From positions 744,001 to 808,000 of the forward strand of contig NW_019091361.1 in NCBI RefSeq assembly GCF_001949145.1: 64,000 bases of DNA, in the 5' to 3' direction. Origin of the DNA: Acanthaster planci. Its lineage: Eukaryota. The stretch's first letter is position 1, and each line of letters begins with the position of its first letter. This document shows positions 1-10,200 of the stretch, piece by piece. A program made the position numbers and the translations under genes. The notes beneath the pieces were generated by a model that made no database searches, was not told the origin of the DNA, and saw nothing but the letters and a program-made list of their open reading frames with translations.

Positions 1-3000
1 AGTTGGATACCCTCCCTGACAACATCTCAAACAAGTGTTCCTAATATTTCTTTAAAGTAAACCCTATAAAAACCTCCAAATAAAATTCCCCCATAAATCT
101 TCCATTTTGAAATCATGTTTTTGACGGCATTTGATCAATATGTATAATGCATAAGGTACAATACACACAGTGTGGTCAAACATAAATACATGATTTTTAA
201 TCAAACCAAATGACTGCAAAAGCTGACATTTTGACCTGCCTGAACTGGGATCCTTCTGGATCTGCAAATGCTATTCCAGAATCTGATGAAAAAAGTAAAA
301 GATACACAGAGGGCACAGCTGAAATGCCTCCCTCTGTTTTTCTTTCTTTTTAAAACAAGTACATACTTTTTTCTGTTCTCCACTAATTATTCAATGATGG
401 TACAGACAGACAGTTACATCAACAGGTTGATCTGTTAATAAAAGAAATAAATTTACATTTACATTTCATCTCCATTTTGCATAGTCCCCACCCTTTTCAT
501 AAATGCTCAGCAACACCCCCTTCCCTACAACTGCAAAAATACATGTACCAGTACAACCAAAGTGTCAATTTCGGAACTCTGTAAAGACAGAAAAGAACGT
601 GCACAATTCATGCCAAGGTATAACTTACGGACAAAAGCTTCATCAACACAACATCCCTGAAGCCAGCACACGCTGTCGGAAAATTACAGTGGATATCAAA
701 AACAGGGAAGCAACAATTGAACTGAATTCCGTCCAGGTTGTCCTATAGCCTCTCCAACAGATGTAAAAGTCCTCAGTAAGACAGGAATAAAAGACCCAAG
801 TGATATGCCATTAGATTGAGATGGACTGTTCAAGTGTGTGCATTCTCTTGCTCGGTCAGCTATCCAGAACAGCGAGACCATGGATGACAGCCAATGATGA
901 ACAACTCTAATCAGGAACTCTGCCCACGTGAAAATCACGGGTAAATGAATCAACCTCATTCACTGGAACACAAATGACGAGATGACTGCAGTATACAATA
1001 TGTACACTTCATCCATGTATGCACACATGTGTACGTTCTCAGACCAACAGAAGATTTCACATGCAGGTTTTCTACAGTACGTCCATGTACAGTATAGTCT
1101 GTACATGTAAATGTACAGTACATGTACATGTACGTATGTAGAACAATATGTGGTATCTTATCAAAGAGAGTTACTTCATACAAACACATGTACAATGTAC
1201 AGTACATATGTACAAGCATCAACATACGTGCTACACGTTTTTGATTCTCACGCACTCAGTTTTTTCTTTGGAGTGACGTGCGAGACACAAGTCTTCATGT
1301 CAAGTACAGGCTGCAATAGACTGCTTGCATACGCAAAATCATGTCACCTGTAGCCGGTATCAACCCTATAGCAAAGTGTGTTTTGAGTAAAGGTTGGATG
1401 TTTGCATGTTTAAACAAAAAAGTTCAAAATCTGTTTACAGATTTTCCCAAACGTTTAAACAGAACCGCCCCTGCTAGAGGTTTGACGTTTTGATTGATGC
1501 AATCTGGCATTTATCTAAACGATGCATCCATGTACTTTTTGAGAAAAAAGCGGATTCTAAAACAATGCCCATTGCTTGTTTTAAATGCCCTAACATCAAT
1601 CTACAGTTTTACACAGGTTGGACCATTTGCATTGTTGAATTATATACTTATGGGTATGAAAACACCAAGGCAGGTGGAGGCCTCTGTAAAGTGTTGGCTA
1701 AACGTTTAAATGGTTGGGAAAATTTTTATAAACAAACAACGAAGCCGATTTACGATATAGTATCAAGCACATCAGTAGTCTGAGTATGATACCTACCGTC
1801 GGCTTTATTTTTGGTAAATGATACTTAAGAAACACTTTGATTTTTGTGGACACCGTGTTTGTTGATATGGAATACCCACTATACGTCACGTGACTTAGCG
1901 GGCGCAATCAGTCTAGAGTGACATTGCAGTTGTCTTTTATTGCTGACGCAAGAGCAGCCTGGTCGAAGTCACAAACTTGCAACATGAAACCAAGTCATGT
2001 TAAATTGAACTCCATAATTTGCCATACATTTTAAGAAGTACCTGTGCATTTTGGGTATGTTTGTTGAATCCTGCTTGAAGAAATGCAGGATAAAATTACA
2101 CAGTTTTTCAGAGTTGAGAAATGAGTGCACACAAATTCCGTACATGTACAGAAAACCAAGGACTGAAATTCACATGGAAGCATTTTTGGGGAAATTATAC
2201 CTATGTATTAGTCATAGTAATAAATTCCAACTGTGGCTAAATACAGGTACACATGTATAACATAGGCCTAGGATTAATAAAAATGGACTGCTGTAATAAG
2301 TTTCCAGTTCAAAGAATGTGAATCCTGTGCATAACATATGTATCTGTGGTAAAAACAGAAAAATAAATGTATTTAACTAGAAAACAATTCAGACCCATTT
2401 CCAGTGTGTGCCTCAATATTCAGATAAGTTCCTCTACAGTTTCTTGCCCATTCAGTTGAAAATCAGTCGCATTTGCATAGCATTGATCCATGTCATGTCT
2501 GAGGATTCAGACCTCGTGGTTATCTTTTATAAGAGGCATCTGATGCTGACTCGGTATGACTACACATCTTTGACTACTTTGGCAACAAAGTCAAAGTTAG
2601 GCCTACGTGAACATGCATCAATCAAATGACAAGACAGTCTACTGATGAAATTGAAAACTTGTTCTCTTTTATCATTACTCGTTCATAACTGAAACATAGG
2701 TTTTCCCGGCCAATTTTAGCAAAAGTTGTTCAATTTAACACAGGGCCCATTTAATTTCATTTCGAAAAGAATGATCCTTCACACAAGCATTCAATAATCA
2801 AAAGCAGGCAAACGATTTCATTATCGTTCTTCAAAACATACATTCTTTCAAATTCCAAAGGTTGTTTCATTCATTCACATTTGTCAAAGGGCTTAGAAAG
2901 AGGTTGATAAGGCATTTGATTTACTCAATGAGCAATCTTGTTTCCCTTGTGATAATTCAACTTCGTTCCAGTGATAAGGCTTTCGGGATCCTATATAAAA

Positions 3001-4959
3001 TATCTCATTTCCCAGGAAAAAAGGGTTATCGTGATCGTAAAGGTGGATCGCAAGACAGCTTTTTGTCAAAATGAGTTTGTACAAAAATTGTGTCAGCTAG
3101 GGTCTTACAGAAAAGTTAGGTTCGTAGAAAGGGAAAGCAGATTAACGCTTTTAAGGGCAATAATGCAAAGAAAGAGCTGCAAACAATTTTTTTTCTTCCT
3201 TTTGTTTTCCTTTTTGTGTTTTGAGGTTTCTCCTGAAGGTTTCCCCTGAGCTTTTGTTAACTTTATATGTACTGGTGCATTTTGAAAAGATCCCAATAAT
3301 CGGATAGGAATCATAAAAAGAACCGCATTAGTTCAAATGAAAAAGAGCAAAACAAAACCTGTCTGATTTGACTCAAGAAAATAGGCTTAGATACAAACAC
3401 AAAATGAAGGATACAAAAGAGTCATTCACAATCATCGAAAAATTATTATGGAACAAGAGTATCATACACGACAACTTGCAATAGAAGACCAACCGCACTA
3501 ACTTCTCTCAATACTTCTAAACACTCAGAATGTGAAATAGATTTACTATAAATAAAACAGAAAATCAAGCAAAGGTAAAAGATCTTACATGTGTCAATAA
3601 GTTTTAATTAGACTGCACCTATTGGAAAAAGGCAGCAAGAGATTAAAATGAGGAATGGTGAATTGGTGATAGTATAGTTTTGAATGCCCCTAAACAAAGT
3701 GGGATGATGGAAACAAACTGAACAGCAAAGCAAACAAATTGCACGAAAACAAACTTGAATGTCAGAAAAAGGAAAAAGAAACCACAACACAAACGAAACC
3801 CCAGCATCTGTGTGAAAATGAATATGTCTTGACGAAAATGAGTGAATTTTTGCTGAAATCGGCCGGGAAAACCTAAAATATATGGTACAACAAAAACAGC
3901 CCTAAACATACATTGTACAAGCAGTAACAATCCAGTAACAACTTGGAATCCCTGCCTGTTGTTCTTAATGATGAAATGCAACACAATAGTGGATGTACAT
4001 GTAGATATACATGTTGATGTACTTATTCTCAGACTGAAATAAATCACCGTGCACACACGCTTAAGTTTGTATTCTGGCCACAGCTTTGTTTTTTTCCAAG
4101 AACTCTTCGAATATTGCCAGATACCAGAAGTTTTGGGCAAACTGGCAACAAAATTGCATTTTTATCAGGCACACCAGACCCAGCCATGAAAAAGGGCACA
4201 CCAGGCCCACTCAAAACACAGCCCCTTTGACCGTGTTAATATTCAGGGAACATCAAACCCTGCTACAAGTATGGCTCACCAGACCATCATACGTGTAATT
4301 AGGGTGCACCAGGCCCATCGTAAATATGGCACACCAGGCTATCACAGTTAGGCCACACCTGGCCCACCATTATAAAACTCAAAACATGGCACAGTAGCCC
4401 ATGATAATGTAACACTTATAACACACCTGGCTCACCCATAAATGCTGAATAACAATCGGGCACACCAGACCATGAAATCAGTAATAGCCAAGAGTCATGT
4501 TAACACCAATTAATTAATAACTCTGTAGTGAAAACATTAAACCTGAATTATTAAATATGCAGGCACCCAATGTTCCCCCATTGGAGACTTACAGGAGGAA
4601 TGGCCCATGGTGAACATCCATGGAGCCATTTGAGTGCCTGTCACTAAACATTGAGATTACAGCCATAGTGCCTCCATTGTATACTCTAGCATCTGTAACT
4701 GGTAAAATAACTTTATTGGCCATTATAATAGATCATTTCTTGACCGTGTCTGTCAAAATTCCCGTCAAAAACTGCTTCAAAGTGCCAAGCTGAGTCAAAT
4801 CTCTATGTAGGATACGATTCCACCATTTGAACCGCTGAGGAGAGAAATGGTTCTTGATGAACATCCAAGAAACACAAAACCAAATATATGAGATAATGCA
4901 AAGCACAATGCCAACATTTTGTTCACACAATAACATGTTACTTAACACAAGGTGGAGAT

Positions 4960-5160
4960 GGGGCGGAGGCAGGTAAACAAAAGTTTGGAAGTTGCACTGT
5001 CTATTAAATCTTTACCCTATAAAGGCTGTGACAAAACTGACCTTAAATTACATTCCCTAAATCCATCAAGCCATGCGTCCCATTAAGAAGATGTCCCATT
5101 GGTCAAAAGTTTTGTCACAGAAGTTCCCTTATTGGTCTAAATTCTCGTATGTAATTGGCT
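4960..5160. promoter_or_regulatory. GC box plus three CCAAT boxes, promoter-like cluster
   Basis: GGGGCGGAGG near 4960; ATTGG at about 5098, 5131 and 5154, all in the same orientation. Confidence 0.3.
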
Positions 5161-6525
5161 GACACATTATGCTAATCATTCAGTGGATCCTTTAATAGAA
5201 TTCTGTGTTTTCTACAAATTTTCTAGAGACATTTTAACCAAGATGCTTCCTTCCAATTCCACACATACCTGCAGATAAGGAAAGCTGGTAAAAACACTAC
5301 CTAATAGTTCAAGTACCACTTCTTGGTAGTTCGGAGAGATTTCTCAGTTTTTCTTGTCCAAATTTGCAGTAAAATTAGATTAATTAGCTTGTCCGCCATG
5401 CTAACACACAGTATTGCTTGCAAACTGTTACAATACATACCAACTATTACACACAAGAGAGATACACACATATGTACCAGAAACCAATTGCAAACACCTT
5501 CAAGAAGATGTATGTTTTTCACACTCTGCCTACAGCACTGGCAGAGCCCGATGAATATTCATCACAATGTTGCCCCAAAGCAGCTGATTGGCTGCCTACA
5601 ACAGTATAGGATCCCTTGTTGACACAGAATTGCTTATGGTATTCTGTGCAGTAAATAAGTAGTACATCCAAATAAATGCATTACTTATACATGTACTGTG
5701 TATGCATAATCTGTGCATGCACAAATGTTCATCTTCTAATGTGCTGTGGTTTTAGCCGATGTTGGCATATCTTAAATTTATTAATTCAAACAACACATTG
5801 TTGCGACTCATTAATGAAATTGTCTGTGACAAACGAATTGAACACTTATATGGAATACTGAGAATAAAGCATTAGATCATTTAATGATAAAATGTCACGT
5901 ACATGTACCAAACTCAAGGGAGGTCTTTCAGACCATTAGTATCAATGTTACCTGTCGCACAATCAAAGCAAAGCTGGTGACTTCAAATTTTTGAAGTTAT
6001 TTTGTTTCCTGCAAAAAGTATAGTGGAACTGGAAGTGGTTAGTCATCGTCAATGCTACATGTACATATACTGACTAGGTAAAAGGTTCAATGGCAGGTTG
6101 AATGCAACATCCTTGGAAAGCTTTCTTTCCAGAGCCTAGATTCTTTTTACACACCACATGCTCAGAGCTCATTCATGTTCCACATCCCCTAGTCATCTTC
6201 TCATGGATTTCTTCCAACTGAATGAATTTTTAAACTTGATACTGTGAATACAACAGACTAGAGAATGTGCAACAAAATCTTAACGTAAAGATACATGTAA
6301 AGTATCTGAAAAATCTTTTTTATGACCAAGTATCAATGGTTATTGATTTTTTTTTTCCATTCAGTAGTAATGTACATACATATATGACAGTCTGCTCTGA
6401 TTCAGAGCACAAAGAATGTAATTCATTTAAATTTACGGAAATCAATGTGGGTAGCATGTGACACAGTCATAAACTGGTAATGAGCCTCGACAGCACATAT
6501 TTCATGTGGTGCACATTACTCAGAA

Positions 6526-6535
6526 GGGATTTCCC
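6526..6535 (+). promoter_or_regulatory. Candidate NF-kB site upstream of viperin exon 1A
   Basis: GGGATTTCCC is an exact match to GGGRNWYYCC, about 350 bp before the ATG. Confidence 0.5.
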
Positions 6536-6879
6536 CATTGAGCAACGCAACCAAGGCTATACATACCTTGGCTGCTGTTTGAAATTGCACATGACTCTAT
6601 GACAACTGGCTGCAGCCACTACCATAGAATTTGTGCAGTTTCAAGCCTTAGCCAAGTAACTCATACACAGCCTTGGCTACCAGTTTCTAGATAGAAGACT
6701 CCTTGAGGTATTCCCAGATCAGTGCAATATCTGTGAGAGCAGTCCATACATAGGAACCAATGCTACCAACAATTGTGACACAACACAATCGTGCGTTACA
6801 CAGTGAAGAGAACGGCCTGCACTGAAAGCTTGTCAACTGAAATTGTGTTCAAAGGGTCTCATAAAAAAAGTGTATCACA

Positions 6880-7222
6880 ATGTTTGACGACTTGTGGGCT
6901 TACATGTATTTGCCCCTCATGTACAAGTACTGGTACTGCATGCCAATATTTCTTGGGCTGGTCAGTGCACTGTACATGTACATTCAAAGAAGGTGGCAAT
7001 CCCACATCAGCCAACCAACTGACAGGGCTAGAGTGGGCAATAGTGCTTCCCCTGGGAAAGCCCCAAGGAAGGACAGAGTCCAAGCACTACCCCTCAGTGT
7101 CAACTACCACTTCACCAGGCAGTGCAACTACTCCTGTGGGTTCTGCTTCCACACAGCCAAGACATCCTTTGTCTTGCCGATTGAGGATGCCAAAACAGGA
7201 ATCCGTATGCTGAAAGATGCAG
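6880..7222 (+). CDS. RSAD2: Viperin alternative first coding exon 1A (hydrophobic anchor + CxxxCxxC motif)
   Basis: ATG at 6880, open frame MFDDLWAY...[23 protein letters not shown]...LKDA-G; phase-1 donor CAG|GTTGGT at 7222/7223. Confidence 0.88.
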
Positions 7223-10200
7223 GTTGGTACAATTACAGGTAGTGTTGAATTCAATCTAAAAATGGACAAAATTATCATGTCCTGAACATGTGCTTATCTG
7301 TTGTGTTCTTATAGGCCTACATGTGCGAATACATGTACATGTATCTTTCCTCCCTTTATCAGATGTATTGTATAAAAAGTAACATGCATGCACATTCCAA
7401 TTATCTGTAACAGCAACTCACTAACACACCAACCGAGGCAGTGAAATTACTGATATTACAGTGGCACGTACACTGTACATGTGCATCATGTACATGTACA
7501 TGTACACACGAACTAGTCCAGGTATGTAAACTTGTGCAAAAAAATTCCGGATGCACTGGTAGAGTTGTTGGCAGTATTCTTGTTTGAACTTTTTGGGAAA
7601 ACAGCAAACCCAAAGGCACAAAAAGTTGCTTCACAGGTACACTTTATAAACATGGGCATGATTTTTTTCTACAAAAACTTAATGAGTTTCCAACATCAAA
7701 TCTGACACTTTAGTTCAATAAACATGTACATGTACTGTGTAATGCTATAGCAATACTGTATGATGCTGTGAAGATTTTCTAAAGTAATTCTGGATGTAAT
7801 TGTCAGTCAAGTTTTGGGATCAGGAAGTTCACAATAAAGGAATAAACAAACAGTAAAAGGCTTCACTGTTTGGTATTTGGAAAGACTAGCAACGCACTAC
7901 AATTTGTACTGGGGAAGTCCCTCATCTGAGAAATAAATGTTCTACCGTATGAGAAATCTGCATTAGTCATGCAAGTGAGACCAGGCTCTTGAACAAAACA
8001 CTGAAAGGTAAGAAGGGGAATCTAGTCATACAGAAATGTGTACATGTATGTTTAGTTTAGTAAATCTTCAGCAACTTTAATGCTATTCTTAACTGGAAAT
8101 GAGTTCTTATGCCCCCTCAACATTTTATTTAGTACTGGTACGTATTGTCATTATGAAAAATTTTTTCTTGCCAAATCTTCAAGCCATTTTTCTGTGATGT
8201 CTTAATGGTACAATCATCTGGAAAATCAGGTGTGCCATTTCTTGCAACTAGCCATTTTTCTTGAGACAGGACAGCCTGGACATGCATGAGGTTTTCAACA
8301 AAAAGCCCCATCTCAGATTGAATTGCAATGTGCATGCCAAGTTCATAAAGTGTTGGGCAATGGAAAGCCAAGATCTTAGGGGTGGGAGATCATCCCCATC
8401 CTCTGGGTTGTGCAATGGTCCAACAAGCTTATTTAGGGTTGAGCATTCAAATTGACTGAGAAGAATTTTTCAACTGCATTTATTTACTTATTTATTCACA
8501 GTGATTTACCACAGGGTGGTTGATCTTACAAGCATCATAATTTTAACAGAGTAGTATAACTATATGCAAAATTAAAAATTAAAGACTAGAAACGTATAAA
8601 AAACATTCTAAAGTACTTATAACATTTAACGAAATAAAAACTGAAACATAATGAACCTTGCAGGTTGGATAATGTGCACACTCTTGGATGAAACTGCATT
8701 GTCGCATCTAAATCAGTAAAGAACCTCAGTGTGTATTCTGAGCACAATGTCCATGTCAGAACATATACATGTACATGAAGATTACATGTGTACATATACA
8801 TGTGTAAATGCATCTGGTTTCAGTTGAAAGTATTTCTCATTCAAGGAAATAGGCCTACATCACAAATGATGGTCATCCTCATGCTGTATTGCAGCCATGC
8901 CCTCTCTCAATACTGCAACAGACCGAGGTCCCTCAAGTGTATTTGAGGAAATTACAGAGTTTACAAAATTGTGCAGCCCGCATTATCTTTAAAGTTGATT
9001 GTCACTATCATGCAATACCATTGTTAAAGTCTTTCTACTGGCTCCCAGTGAATAAAAGGATTGTTTTTAAGATTCTCTTGCTTGTCTTGAAATCCTTTAA
9101 TAACCAGACACCATTGTATGTACAGATTTCCTTATGTCGTTTACTCAACTCTGTGGTAACCTTCGCTGTGGTGCAGATTCACTTCATTTCTCATAACAAT
9201 GTACCTCAAAACTCAAACTAGAGCAGGTGATCATACCGGCCTTTACAGTTGTGGCAGCCAAAGAATGAAATAAATTACCTATTTGGATTCGGAATGCCAG
9301 ATCTATTAACCAATTTGAACAATCACTGAGATCACATCTCTTTCCTCTGTTCATGTTCGTGTAATTGTACTTTTGGCTGTTAGTTAATAGTACATACCAG
9401 TATTTACATTTACTTTGTTTTGGGAACTTGATTGTCTTATGAGGTACGGTGTAATGGGTTTTTTGTCACAATTGTAAATGTTGTGATGTAGTTTATGAAT
9501 AGCTTCTCTAAATGCATAATGATAATAATCAGTAAACAAAGAAAAATTTATGATGCTAGTGACAAAAATAAAACTTTGCTGAACTGATTCCAATACCAAA
9601 GTTATAAAACGTTGAAAACCCCTTGACAAATTACATGTACACGTACAGTGAAGTACCAGTACATGTAACTACATCTGTACATGTACATGTACATGTAATT
9701 TTAGGGAAGTGTACATGTACTTACAAGTACACATGTACCACCTCAGTCACTATATACTATACTAATAGGGAACTGTACAGGTACCATCCGAGTCAATATG
9801 TACCGGTACCATACTAATAGGGAACTGTACAGGTACCATCTCAGTCAATATATACCGGTACCATACTAATAGGGAACTGTACAGGCACCATCTCAGTAAT
9901 ATACATACCGGTACAATACTAATAGGGAACTGTACAGGTACCATCTCAGTCAATATATACCGATACCATATTAATAGGGAACTGTACAGGTACCATCTCA
10001 GTAAATATGTACCATACGAATAGGGCACTGTACAGGTACATGTACCATCTCAGTTAATATGTACCGTGCTAGTCGAGAACTGTACAGGTACCATCTCAGC
10101 TAATACATGTATATACCATATTAATAGACTTGTACCTGTACTACGGTATACTGTACTACACTACGGTATACTGTAAGTAAAGACTGTACAATCAATAAGC

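Noticed and set aside
956..1353. ORFs rich in HVHV / MYMY / TCTC (here and throughout the window)
   Set aside because: Translations of the TACATG low-complexity motif.
2400..3340. Possible decayed transposon coding region (e.g. FYIGS on the minus strand, reminiscent of GIY-YIG)
   Set aside because: Many stops and no second motif; cannot be assigned without BLASTX.
4168..4473. CRISPR-like repeat/spacer array
   Set aside because: Eukaryotic context, repeats short and degenerate, spacing irregular, no cas genes.
9745..10130. CRISPR array or repetitive protein
   Set aside because: Whole units are repeated with no unique spacers; it is a tandem minisatellite.
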